DNA from: Amphiscolops sp. MND2022
Lineage: Eukaryota
NCBI GenBank assembly: GCA_964187785.1
Contig: OZ076409.1
Location: 61,072,001-61,136,000 of the forward strand
Direction of reading: 5' to 3'
DNA length: 64,000 nt
This document shows positions 1 through 13,480 of the stretch, piece after piece. The position numbers and the translations under genes were made by a program. The notes under the pieces were generated by a model. It did not search any database, was not told the DNA's origin, and saw only the letters and a list, made by a program, of their open reading frames with translations. How positions within the stretch are numbered: position 1 is the first letter of the stretch; every line of letters starts with the position of its first letter.

Positions 1-429
1 TAAATACGAATGTTTTCTTCTATTAGAAAATAGGTGAAAATGTTTGAAAATACAGACGTTTTGTTGGTGACTCGATTTCTTCATCATATCCAGATATTTT
101 CTCCCTTTTCGAAGTGATGATTTGGCTGTTCGAAAAGATATAACGGGTTGTTCGAATTGTGAACCCTGAGAACTAAGTGAACAACACGAGGAGCAATCAC
201 AAAGGTCAGAAGGTAGAACTGTTGACAGTAAAAACAATGAGGTGTCAAAGCAGATGACGACCAAGAGACTATACGAGATCGACACGTACAATCGTGGGCA
301 TTCATCGATGGACTCGGAGCGGCGTAGATCTGCTTCAAACAAGCTGGACTAACGCAGGGCTATCCGTGCTAGATGTGTGGAGTGCAACGTAATTGAAGCA
401 GTCAACGCCAGCATCATGATGAATTTACA

Positions 430-1018
430 CGTAATTGTGCTTGTAATTTATACTGCATTATGCGGTTTGTATAATATTTCAATCAAAACAGCATAATGAT
501 TCGTCACACATATTATGTTGCTCACACATATTATGATGTACTATACTGTTTATGCGGTAATTTCACAAAAACAGTATGATGTGTGTATTCAAAAACAGCA
601 TACTGAACACCAGCAGGACAGTGCTAGCGAATTACACTGCATGATGCGGTTTGCATAAAACAGAATATGCGGTTTTAATGAAAACAGCATAAAATCTGCA
701 CGTGTGTTCATGCATACAATTCACGTCACAGTATGCGGAAATTCTATTAAAACAGCATGATGATCTAAATCAAAAACAGCATGATGATCTTAATCAGAAA
801 AAGCATAATGATCATTCACACTGGCGCTCACATATTATGATGTGTCATAAGGGCTTATGCGGAAACTTCAGAAAAACAGCATGATGAATAAAAGTGAAAA
901 CAGCATAATGATTAAATGCGCGGCGGCGCTAGTATATTATACTGCAATATGCGGTTTTTATGACAACAATCAGCATAATCTGCAACAAAACCCGCGGTAA
1001 TGCGTCGCTACTACAGTG
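430..1018. mobile_element. Subterminal repeat array and probable right end of a CACTA/EnSpm-like DNA transposon
   Basis: Many AAAACAGCAT(A/G)ATGAT and ATGCGG(TT) motifs. The array ends in ...CTACAGTG (1011-1018), whose reverse complement is CACTGTAG. The other end is not seen. Confidence 0.45.
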
Positions 1019-1045
1019 CTTTATTGAAACTTTCTCGTGACATGA

Positions 1046-1906
1046 TGTAACGATTTATTTTTACCTTCGGACTGTAGAAACATAACGTTATGATGATTTG
1101 CCTAAAAATGACGGTCATGCTGTTAAAATTTCCCGCCAATGGAATCATTTGAAGAGAGACCCTTTAAAAAATCATTTTATAACCATCATTCCACAAAAAT
1201 CTCAAAAACAGCGCAGTCACTCAATTTCACAAACAACCCACAATCCCAAAACTCTGCAGTTTTGTTCCTCTGTAAAGATAACTTCTACAGTTTCCTTTCA
1301 CCCAAATATCTTTGTAATTCGAAGATTTTCCCACTCAACTCTGTTTTCATCATGAGAAACAAGAGAAATAGACGTTCAAAGAGAGCAGAATCTCAGTCAT
1401 CAGACAGAGACGAAAATACATCAGAAACAAGCTTCACTCAAGGTAATGCAACTTTGGTTGATGTTTCTGATAATGTCAATAAAATATTTGACAGGAACTT
1501 AGGTAGCGAACTAACAGACTCTTCGCAAATCAGTAATGTGATAGAAGCAATAACCCAGAGATTGTCTGAGAAAAACAGCCATAAAATGACACAAATTGAA
1601 CAACATCTGAACAGTAAATTCGAAGAGATACTCAAAGAAATCAGAACAGAATGAGACAGCAGTTTAGAAATGATGAAGAGGATGCTGAGAACAACAAACC
1701 CAGTACTTCATATTCAGAAAACAAGTCTCTCAGGAAAAAACACGCATCAAATAATGAAATCGATAAAGACACAAATCAGGATAGTCGCTTTCAGGCTTCA
1801 GAAATGTACGAACTAAGGCAGCCATCAATCCCTTTTGGAGATGTAAATGAGACCTTAGATGACACAAATATAATAAACGAAAACAGACAGGAAGCCGAAT
1901 ATCACA
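1046..1906 (+). mobile_element. Probable solo or partial Gypsy LTR carrying a decayed gag N-terminal ORF
   Basis: Coding-like ORF from ATG 1352 (MRNKRNRRSKRAESQSSDRDE...), frameshifted near 1651. It is S/D-rich then helical, and ends at ...GAATATCACA (1906). Architecture resembles the LTR-borne ORF at 56893-57202. Left boundary TGTAAC (1046) is tentative and there is no clean TSD. Confidence 0.4.
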
Positions 1907-4609
1907 CTTGGAAAACTGGTCGAAAAGCAACTTGGCAAAACTACAAAAATACAACGGCGGAAAGCTCTTCAAATACCGAAACAAACTAACATCAGTCAAA
2001 CAGATCTCTTAGATTGAGCCAATGATGAAATCGAAAAGGCGATAGGCGACTCAAAGGAACGCATGTGAACTAACTATTTTTGATTGACAGTGCTGCTGAA
2101 TATTCTAACAAAAACGAAATCTTGATCAACTCTGAACAATTAGTCAAAAATTGATTTTTAAGGAATGCGTGTGAGAAAACTCTGCACTGATTATAACATC
2201 AAACAAAAACTAACGGGCAGCTTTAGACATCAATACTTACAATGTTGAGCTGCTGTGAAAACTTAAACATTGACTTTGAATTAAGTTGTCATTGAACGAA
2301 AAAAAAACGCATCTTCGGAGCATAGTCAAGGTCTTCAACACATAGTTCTGAACAATTCTATCAAAAAAAGTTTTACGCCAAAACGGCATGAGACGATGGA
2401 AGAAGCAGCTCAAAACTTGCGCAACACAAAAAGCTGGTTGCGGTCTTTGTCACTGCGAGCTCGAGATCGATAATGTTGCTGTTTTGAAAACAGGTTGAAA
2501 TTTTCTCATTGGCTAGAAGATGCAGTTTGAACAAATTTGCTGTTTGCCTGCAAACACATGAGAAACGAACAAAAACATCTTTGCAAAAGCCACGCAGGGT
2601 TTATGGCTTGCTACGAAACTTTCAATGCCTTCCATGAAAATGCTGTCCATGAAAACATAACAGCAAGAAGCCAAAGCTACTATAGGGAAGCCTGAATCCC
2701 AAAATCAATGGAACGGTTGTATACACATTTCTGTCATACAGCATCAAAAAAGTTCCATTAGACCGGTTCATGTAAGAATCGGGAAAGCTTCAGATTTAGT
2801 TAAGAAAGCTGAAAGATAGAAAGTTAAGCAACGTCAATGAGTTGTTATTTCGTAAGAATAATAGTTGTTACAAACTTCTCGGTTGTCAGTTTACACCTCT
2901 TACATTTCAAGTTTTATTTTTATCTAATTTGGCTAATGTATTGAAAATGGCAACATACCTAGTTGTTAAAAAAATTTTGATTGTCTTTTTTATTGGAAAT
3001 ATTAAGCTGGATGTAAAATGCACGCTGATTCGGCAAAATAGTTACAAATTCGTTATGTACGAATTTTTTGTACTTCACCATTATGGTAATTACCTTAAGC
3101 CATTGGGAAGATCCTGATTGTTTTCACGGCAGCAACTGGGAAGCGATTGAATGGCAAGTATGAGTTGAGTATTTGTTTCCTTTGAAAAAAAAATCAAAAG
3201 TCTTTAGATCTTTTTAACGTTAGCGTCCTAAAAAATGAAATTAACTACATCTTTCGTTCAAACTTGCAAAAATTCAAAGCCAATTTCCTCAAAAAGGTCG
3301 TACATAGGAAAACTCAGTTTCTCAAGATAGGAAACATGTTAGTTCCAACGAGCGATTTTCCTTCCAATTTCTCTTTTTAAAAACTAGGTATCTGGTGCTG
3401 TTGAAATTTCCAGTGAATTACGTTTATTTATTATCACTAGAGTTTGGCGGCTTCTTTTTACACGTCTTGTCAGTTAAAAACACCTTTTTGAGCCTAAAGG
3501 GTCACTCGTTGAGTAATTTTGGTAATGTGAAACTTTTTCGTTTGAGAATTTTTGAAACAATTCAATTTTTTTGATATTTTCATCTCAAAAAAAGGCTACT
3601 TTTGAATGAAAGGCCCACTCTTGGAAGGCCGTCATTGAACGATTTTTCGAAAGTTTTTCTCACCATCTATATCCCCGAGCGTGGGAGCTCACAACAAACT
3701 CGTGTCGAGCATGGAACTTTTCACATTGGACTATGATAAAACTTTTTTCAGTTGAAATTTACTTCAACGAAGGAAGCGCTGTAACCGAATTGTTGACCTA
3801 ATTTTTTGTTAACCTGATATGAATAAATTATTGCTCGAATTCATTCTTTTTCAAACTTTTGTTGTGTTCAAGTTTATTACATCCAAACTGTTTTGCGACC
3901 AAAGAGCTACGACGGCAAAATTGTAGTTTATCCAACTAATAACTTTCCCGAAATTGGTCACGTGAAGGATAAAAGGATAATCGGAGAAACCCAATTTCAA
4001 AGATTGCCCGATGGTACCCTATGCGATTATGCGTGAGTTGGTCTTCCAGTTCTTACGAGGCATTTTTAGTCTAGACTTTTCCGTTTCTTTTTCGTTTTGA
4101 AACAATTAAGTTTTGTAACTGTCATATCTTTTCCAAAGGTATCTTGAAACAGTATGAGAAACATCTTGTTATAGATCATCTTTGAACTCTTCACAAAATC
4201 AACTTTTTCAGATTTTAGTGATTGGAAATCAAAAATTTTCGGGAACAGTTTTTCGCTGATACACTCTAATAATCACAGAGCACTTTGAATAACCTTTTTT
4301 GAATTGGTCCGGAATTAGAAAAAATATACGTCATTCCGAGCCCATGAGTACTGCATTGAGTGTAAAAAGATAGGCTATAAATGTTGCATTAAAAAAAGGA
4401 CTGTTGCTATTTCAATTGTAAAAAATTGAACAATCGAAAAATGTCAGAATCTTCAGTTTATTTTGGGATAAAAATTTAGAAAGAAGTTTTAGAAACAGAC
4501 TTAAAAGTTCAAAAACGTGCAATTTTGACTCCGTTTCTAACATTTGCAGAAATTTTTATAGACGAAATTTTACTATCAGTCATCTTTTCGTATATGAGAC
4601 AGTTTTCAA

Positions 4610-7600
4610 CAATGTAGTCTGGTTAAATCAGAACGCCAATGTGTATTAATTGTTACTGATGATTGGCTGGCTAATAATAATACAATAATGTGGTTAAGAA
4701 TTTGACAAGATATCAGATTGTTGTCCTAAACCTCATGATTGAAAGAAGTAAGATTATCAACACTCAACTGTACTCTACCTTGTCGTATCTTTTACTAAGC
4801 AGTGCTTCTGCTGCGCTCAATTGGCAAGTATTCAATAAAAAGAACAAAAATACACTAAACGATAAATGTAGACTAATTAATGTAAACCGTCTGAGTCTTC
4901 TATATTTCCCCCTCACAATTGGCTGTTGTTCGGTCAATGGCTTTATGTGTATTCTCTTTATTGCGGTGATTCCTCAATTGGTTCATTGGTTGACGGACGG
5001 ATGACCGTTACTCGCACTTATGGTTGTCACAGTGAAGGTTTGGCCGTGACGTCTGGTTGTCGATTGCTTCTGAGTTCAAAAGGCGCTGTTCGTCTTCATC
5101 TCCTGTTCTGGATTAATTGACCCAGTGTGGTTCCCGACATCAGCCTTTCTACGGTGTTTCCAGTAATCATGACATATTGGATTGTTATATCTAATAATTA
5201 GGTTAGTTTTTGTTAGTCTTTTCGATCTGCGTACTATTGCTTCTTCTTCTTCGTGTTTAGAGTCCGCTTCTAGTTCAACACTTGAGCTCAGGTTGCTTCC
5301 TAGATATAATTCAAAGGTTAATAGGCTATTTTCATCCCCCGTGTTAGGAGTGAATTAGGATTTTGAAGAACCTTTTCATCTCTGATAAAATCTTTTTGTC
5401 AGCGCTTTTAGCTTTTATAGCACCGTCGATCTCCGTGTCTGTCACGTGGGCGGTAACGCTCGTTAATGGGCCAATGCTGTTTTTTGTTACTGACGACTTT
5501 CCCAGTGGGCTTTGGGGGAGCTTGAGCTCAGCCGGTCCTGTATCAGTCTCCGTCTGTCCCGCCCGAACGTCATTTCGTGACAGAAGTGTTGTCTATTCGC
5601 TCCGGTGTCCTTGGGCTATTTTAATCTCGCGGTGGTTCTCTGGTTCGTTGTCTGACTCGATTGTGTACACCTTCTTCTGTTTTGATGGTGAATTTCTATG
5701 TTTTAGTCTTCCATTCGAGGTGGTCACTGTATGTTTTGTGCCCGATACTGCTTTTTATGGTTCATCGGTATATGCACGTTGAAACTTAGATTTCTGATGT
5801 TTTTTCCTTATACTTCATCGATACAAACAAACCGCCAACTCCGCTGAATGAGCATAAGGTGTGGGGTTTCGATGAAATGGATTTTTTCGTTAGATTTTGT
5901 TATAAATCAAGCTTTAATAGGTTGCTGCTTTCTGTGTTTGTCTCCCGACTGTCGTGAAGTTCAAATACCGATTTTCTCATTCTCATGTGTGGTGTTTTTC
6001 TAATCACATCTAGAGACATGTCTAGAGCTTTTTCAAACCATTCACCTGCTTTTATGCTGGTTAGAGGGTTTTCCTCCAGTGATCAAACTCCCTGTTCTAC
6101 TAGACCTGTGGGAGTGTGTACATACGGTGTTCCGTGTATTAATTTGACATATAGATTTTTACAGAAATCACGAAAAAGACATAGTGTGATCACGGTGGCC
6201 TTATTCATTCTAATCAATTCCGGTATGCCATTCAGTTGAATATACCGTTCGAGAAAGTTTACCGTTGTTTCTCCGTATGTATTTCTGCTGCAGACCAAAT
6301 GCTGAACAGGATAATGGACAGTAGATTAAAATTTTGGGAGTAGTTTTCTATGATTGGTCCTTCGAAATCCAATTGAATTTCCTCGTTTGCGCTATTCACT
6401 GGCGGTAAGTTATTTTTCCGTACTTGGTATAATAGGTTTCAAATTCTTACCGGAAATTTTGCAGGGGTTGCAAGTTTTGCAATTTTTCTGTTTTGTTTCA
6501 GACATCTGTGGCCACGAGAAGTGTCTCGCTGCGAGTGTCATCATATTGATGGCCGGATGTCCTTTGTGTAGGAGACTGATTATTGTGGCTTAGAGATTTT
6601 TCGGGACGATGATAGTGTCTTCCTCAGAGACCAGACCGAACCTGCTTGATAGCTTTCTTCTGTGTGTCTGGTATTCTTATGGTATCATTCCATGCTGTTA
6701 CTTTTCCAATCATACCAGTATCTTGGGTCATTCGTTGTCTCAGTCATCAGCAGTTGTAGACCCGTTGAAAAGTTTTTCCGTCTCCCCCGCTCGGCCTGCT
6801 CTAGCTTCCAATCGTTGGGTTCCTCTGCTGCTATTCTTGGCGCTAATCTGAACATCTGGCAGCATCCAATTTAATTTCGTTCTTTATGTATTGGTAAGTT
6901 TGTTTGAATTTGTGAGTGAGTGAGTAGTATTGTTAAAACATTCAAAAGTACTTCGTTGACAGGCATCGTTTGACCGTGTTTCTTTGTTTACTTTGCGCTC
7001 ACTCTCAACTGACTGTTCCGCTTCCAGATTGATTGATATGATTGCTGAGGCAACCGTGTTTGGACATTGAGTTGTCATGCGGTAGAATGATGTTGATCAC
7101 GTATGTTTGATCGGATGCGTTATCCGTTTGCAGCTGTCAGATTTCGACTTAGGTAGTCCGTGAGTGCTAGATGTTTACCAGCAATGTGGTTCACGTTAAA
7201 AGTGAAACGTTCTAACCTTCCAGTCATTTTGTTAATTGTGCGCTGTATGCTTTATTGGAGCGGTTCGGCTTAATCAAAAGGTCTGATGCCTGGCGAACCG
7301 TAAATAGTTTTATGGTATCACTGTAAAAACATAGGCGGAAATGTTCTAAGACCCAAATACTGCTAGCAAATTGAGTTGGTTTTTTTGCGTATTCTTTTTG
7401 GTGTTTGACAGAACACGACTCGCGAAGCCTATTGGTTTTATATTTCCACCTAGCTCTTCTTGCCATAATTTCGCGCCGAGGCATCTTTTGCTTGCGTCGG
7501 TGGTTATGACGTGCGAATAATTTGAGTTATAGTGTACCAGACACAGTATTTCCGTGTTTTTTTTGTTTAAGATTTTCAAATGCTAGTGTGTGTTTTCCCT

Positions 7601-7615
7601 TTTATGTCCTTTTGT
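4610..7615 (-). mobile_element. Decayed 3' half of a Ty3/Gypsy (Mag-like) element: RNase H, integrase, PPT, 3' LTR
   Basis: Fragments TTDASKRCLGAKLWQ...KPIGFASR (RNase H) and IHGTPYVHTPTGLVEQGV (integrase), similar to the element at 26837-32703. Minus-strand PPT GAGGGGGAAA near 4905-4914. LTR roughly 4610-4904. Confidence 0.75.
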
Positions 7616-9604
7616 TTCAGTTTGGCAACATGCATTCATATGTCTAATGATGTAAATCGGACTTCTCCCTCATTTTCGCTATTAGTTATCTTGACGACTT
7701 GTTCCATATGATTATCAAGATTTGGCTTTTGGTATTTTTCCTCCAGGATTGCGTGGTTCAAAGATCTGGCATCTAGAGCAATTTTGACTGATTTGTCCTC
7801 CTTGACTGTCACCACCACATGTTGTATGAAAACTTCATCACTACTTTTCTCGACCTTTCTGATGTGACCTACCTTTAATAACTTCTATTTCTTCTTCCAG
7901 AGTTTCCTGCAACTGTAAGGGATTTCGTCTTCTTTTTTGTTGGGTGATGACTGCATCTTTTCGAAACTCGCATTTAATTTTGTATCCCTTACTTTTGCCT
8001 TGTCCACTGAACAAATCAGGGACTTTTCGCATTAGCTGTTTTATTGTTTGTCGTTCAGAATTGAGATTATTAATGTAAGAAAACTCACCAATTCCATTTG
8101 CTTCCTCCACTCAGAAATTTATTAGGTTAGCCAGTCTCGTCCAATTAGCAAGCGTTTCCCTTCTCTCGAAATCAAAATCCTGGCGTACTTGATTGCCCGT
8201 TTCCCCAACTTTACGTTCACATTTGTGAATCCCAGTAGGTTGAGGGGTTTGTTGTTGTAGTCAACGTATTGTTCATTTGTGGGCATGGGTCTCACAAATA
8301 TCACATCTACCTTTAGTAGCTCTCTTAAGTCTGCTTGAGTAACTATAGTGATTGGGGAGCCTGAATCAATCATTGTTGAAAATTTTTGATCATTTCTTTT
8401 GCCTTTCATTACGAATGGTTGACTATCGTCCGCCTATGCGTAAGACCATATTGTCTTCATCTTGTTCCGTGCTTTCTTCTGATTGGCTGTATTCGCGCTT
8501 AATCAAGTTGATTCGCCGCATTCTTGCTCTTCCCGCAAACTTGCCCCTTTTGACATTGCCAGTTTCGGGGCGTTCGCACATTCGGGCAAAGTGGCCGATT
8601 CTGGCGCAGTTTCTGCATTTCTCATTCTTTGCTTTGCAAACCTCCAGATGGTTTTGTGAGAATTCTAGTCCGCATCTAGTACAATGTTTTTTTCTCTGTT
8701 ACGGCATACACAGGTTCGCTTTTTTTGTCCCGTCTTTCACTTTCAAATGTTCGGAGCTGGCTAATCCCTTCTTCATACGCAACCGCGAATCTGAGAGCTT
8801 CTTGGGGGTCCTCTTTGGGCTCCGAACACAACTTTTGCTGTACCATTTTATTATTCATGTTTTGAATAATTGTGTCCATGATTGAGCTTTCAGTTTGTTC
8901 ATCAAATGCGCATTTTGATGCCAGTCCTGTTAGTGCGTGCCAAAACTGTTGTAGTGTTTCTTTGGACGTTCGTTCTCTCGAGAAAAATTTATAATGTTCT
9001 AACGTCCTGTTTCTTGGTTTGATGAATGCTTGTTCGCAGTTTTCTTTCATCTGCTGTAGTGAAATCGTTGCTACTCTCATCTCTGGAAATTTGTCTGTCA
9101 GGGTTTTTCTTGCAACCGACCCCAGTGATGGAAATAGAACACTTACTATTTTTCTCTCTGCAGCTTGTTCATTCAAATTGTTGATCAGCGCAGCTACTCT
9201 CGGTTGTTGCTCTGTCGCCGTTCTGAGAACCTAAAATACCAAAATTGAATATTTCGCGTTTGCTGCTACAATGAAGAGATCCCACCATTCTTCCCAATCT
9301 GTTTTAGGGGCTGCTTCTGTCAAATCCCAAAAAGATTGCAATCTCGAAACTGCTGACGATCCCCCAGATGTTGTTGCTTTCCCATAAATTGACAAATCTC
9401 GCAGCGCTAGAGGGCTCGAGGAGTAAACTAACTGAATACTGTGGTGCTATTGCTAATTGAAAACAATGATATATGTAGTATCGCGAATTCTAGCCAACTG
9501 TTAAATTTAGGAGACCATGTGGCAAATGATCTTCTGCTGAATTCTGTTTTCCATGCTTTTGTTTACAAACAACCTGTTTCTAAGTGAGCATGCGCTCTAC
9601 CACA
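7616..9604 (-). mobile_element. Decayed 5' half of a Gypsy element: 5' LTR 9405-9604, gag, protease, RT N-terminus
   Basis: Gag fragment 8676-9176, protease MIDSGS, RT SVKIALDARSLN. Near-identical to 38381-40373. Confidence 0.9.
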
Positions 9605-10542
9605 GAGACCCTTTGAAGACTTATAAAAATTTTCGAGAAAACCCAAAAAATGAGATTTTTGAAAAGTGTCACAGGTCCGAAAAATGAAACATTGAACCAC
9701 ATCGAAACAAATGAAGGGGGACCCTTTGGTGCAATCCAAAAATTTTCAAAAAAGTAGCATAGTGGACGTCGGTTTTGTTTCTTTTTGATTTGGCGAGGTT
9801 CTGAGTTCGAGTTTTTTTTAACCTCCGTAGTTCAAGTTGTTGAATAAATGACAGAAAAGTGGACCTTGCGCGTCTAAAAAGACTTAGCCACTTTTCTTCA
9901 AAAGCGCCGACAAAAAATGCCACTGTAAGAGTCGGACATTTTTTGTTTTACAAAAAGCGCCGACTGAAACACCAAGGTAAATTAGATGAAAGTCTCTAAC
10001 AAAGATTTGGTGTTTGCAAATTTCGCGAAAATTGAGCCTGAAATCGGCTCGGAGGATGATTTCTTAAATACTGTACTCACTTCTGATAGATTAATGAGAA
10101 TGTTTCTTACCACGCTGTGATCTAGTTAGGTCAAACTATCTAATGAGGCATTAACTTTTCATAATTTGCTATTGTCAATTTGTAGTATAGGACTTGGATC
10201 GAAAATCTTTTTTTTGCGTCTTAATAATTTTCGTTTACTTTAGGGGCAACCATTTTTAAGGATCCTTGGAAGGGCTCAATAAAAACATGGTGACATTTAA
10301 CGCGTTTTATAAATTCGTGTTTCGCAAAGACTGTCAGGAAGTGGGCAGGGAATATATGTAACAAGCTGAAAAGACAAAAAACCGGTACTAGAAAATGTGA
10401 ACATCGAGTAAAGACCAACTATCCACATGATCAAATGATTGTCATTCCATTATTGTCTGTCCTTTATTGTAAATTTTACCCTTTTCAGTCATTTCAGTGG
10501 AATTGGCTCCACTGCAGTGAACAATTTGCATGTCATGCAACA

Positions 10543-11403
10543 CCCAGGTTTTCGATCTTTGCGAATCTGTGCAGATCTGCAGGGTTTTTGCAGATCTTTG
10601 CAGATATGTGCAGATCTGCAGAATTTTTGCAGATATGTGCAGATTCCAAAAAAAACTGACACCCTCAGATACGCAATAAAAACCCCACAGGGATGTCAAA
10701 CGAATAATAAAAGTGTAAAACTGGAGAGAAGTCTCATTTATGCCAAAATATTTTAAAATTTTCTGTAGCAATCTGTACAGATCTGTAGAGATTACAGATC
10801 TTTACAGATCTTTACAGCGCCAAACAATGACCAATAAATTACCATAACGTATTCCAAGTTAATAGCAATTAATAAAAATACTCCAACAAACTATGTTGCG
10901 GAAATATTACAAAAACGACACTTTATCAACACATGGATCAACCCAGAAGGTTACCACATGTCAAATTTTATCTGCCAAAACGAAGTCAATATGGCAAACG
11001 AGCCTCTCAAAGTTTAACAACCACTTCTGGAAAGTTCGAGTGAAATGGATAAATTACCGTGTTTTACCAAAAACCGCACTTTCTCCAGACACCAAAATTA
11101 CCGTGATGGGGACAAATTTTCCTCCTCAAGAATTTTGAGTGATGGATAGTTTCAACTGACTGGCCCTAGGTCAGCTAAAATACTCGATAAAATAGTTGAA
11201 GAAGTCCAAACATGCAGTTTTTGGTTCCTTAGAAGCTTCAGAAAAACATATTTCTGCAAAAATCTTCAAAGAAAATCTGCACACTTCTGTAAAGATCTTG
11301 CAGATCTGTATGGATCTTCAAGATTCAGTGCAACGATCCTTGCAGAACAATGCAGAAAAAATCCTGCAGATCTGCACAGATTTGCAAAGATCGAAAACCT
11401 GGG
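10543..11403. mobile_element. Non-autonomous TIR DNA transposon (CCCAGG termini, CACTA/EnSpm-like)
   Basis: TIRs CCCAGGTTTTCGATCTTTGC ... GCAAAGATCGAAAACCTGGG with subterminal GCAGATCT repeats, flanked by CA/CA. Absent from copy B at 41311. Confidence 0.9.
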
Positions 11404-13480
11404 CATGCAATCACTGGTATTGGTTGAAAATATTTCAAAAGAGTTATTGAAGAAGGAAAAGCAAACATTGGAATGACCTGTCATAAATCTTATCACTCAT
11501 AATTTGATCACATGAAGTCCAATTACACCTGTGACTTTCGAACTTTTCTTTTGATCACTATTTTGGAGTTATCAATAAATTCATTTTGGAGTGATCGATT
11601 ATCAACGAGTGATCAATAAAACTGGGGGGGGGGGGTTCGTTTGAATTTGGGTGGTCAAGATTTGAGTCAACTTTTGATTTGTCTATGATGGTACCAAGAT
11701 TTGAGCCAAGTTCCGAGTAACCAATTATAGCCCCATAGAGTTTTGTTGATTAAATCAAATACACACTTGGTGAATTATTTCTAAGAAACAAGAATTCAAA
11801 TTAGATGTGACTTTCAGATAAGATTCCACAATTTATGAATGGAACTCAGGCAATATCCGTAAATATTCAAGTATCAATTGAATATTTTGAAATCTTTCAC
11901 GATTACGTGAGCAGCTATGAAGCTAGTTTCTGAAGGTTATTTTGATCTAAATGGTTCTATCTGGAACAGGTCAAAAGGTCAAAAGTTGAAGTGTCGTGAT
12001 AGTTAACAAAGCTTGAACAAAATTTCTGAAATAAACAATGTGATAAAATCAAGTTTGATCATAAATCTGGAAATTTCTGAAATATATCCGTACTAAAAGT
12101 AATTGATCTTCAATTGCTATTTGTTTGTTAATCTTTACTGAACCCTGCCGATTAATCTGAGCTTCTGAGCTAATTTCAAACTTAGTTATAATACTTGCAG
12201 TGTATCCTGTTTATAAATGGTAAAACTCTAGTCACCAACATTTGTGTCAAGTTTCCGTATAAATTTAAAGCACAGCATGATTTCTTCATTTGCTAATAAT
12301 CTGAATTACGTAACTAATTAGCAAATATTGCTAGTTTTTACCAATTTATTGACATTGAGCAATTGACCTTGACCTTGATCTTTGAAAGGTCATCATCTTA
12401 TTGCCTAAGATCGACGCGCCCACAATGTTAGTGATTGGTACAAAAGCTCTGACGTCAAGAATTGAAACGGATCTCCATAATCACTAATGATCTTTCTCTG
12501 ATTGGTCGCAACTCGAGGTTTCATCAACACCGGATGGACCTCCGATTGACCCAAAACTTGACCCTCTTACTGCATCACATGAACGAACTGATTAGCCAAA
12601 TATTTATTCTTTCTTTGTTTTTTCTCCACATTCCTAAAAGTCCTTGTATAAATAAATCAGGTATTCGCTTTTAATATAAATGGCTCACGAATTTGCACGT
12701 CTGTTCATTTGACTCAATTTGGTCACGCGCTCAACTTTGAATTTTATAATTTTATCAGCTGAGAAATTACAAATTAAAATCAGAACTGATTTTGTGGTCT
12801 GTATAGCTTGCGATTCTTTCTTTTTCCTCCTCTGAATTCTCAAGATGTCGATGAGTATGCACGTTTACGGTGGCAGCGGATCCTATCAATGGTACCGGAA
12901 ATCGAATCCTAAACCCATTTTCCAGACCAGCTCCGACAGCTCAATTTTGCAATACACTTCCAGAATCAAAGCCAGAATAGCGTCCAGAATCAGAAGAAAC
13001 AGCCCCAAATTCGACGACAGTCCGGAACACACGCCACCCAGCTCAGTTCTGGCATACAGAAGTTTGGATAGCTAAAGAATCGTTGAATTTTTTAATGATC
13101 GCCGGCAAAATATCTCCAGTGCATTAGTACCTCCTTCGAATTTAATACACAGTTCACAAGAAACATCTGTAAAAACTGAAATACATATATAATCTTTTGT
13201 GGCTAAATCAAACTGATGAAACTCAATTCGCCAAGTATACAACAAGCCAGATTGCAGCTTAAAAGATTCCTAGTTTTTAAAGATTAGTTACATTAGTTAT
13301 GTTAGATGGTTGTGTAAAATTTATAATAAAATTGTAAATTTGATGAAGTTTAGATATAACGTTGTTACTTTTATAGTACTTTTAACCTACGCGATTTAGT
13401 TAACATTTGGCTATTTTTCCCAAATTTTCCCAGAGATCTTCTGATGAGTATAAGAAGGCACGAAACGTTTGAGAAAGGAA

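Noticed and set aside
10435..11496. Cys-rich ORFs with CADLQ/CRSA repeats
   Set aside because: Translations of the MITE's subterminal GCAGATCT repeats.
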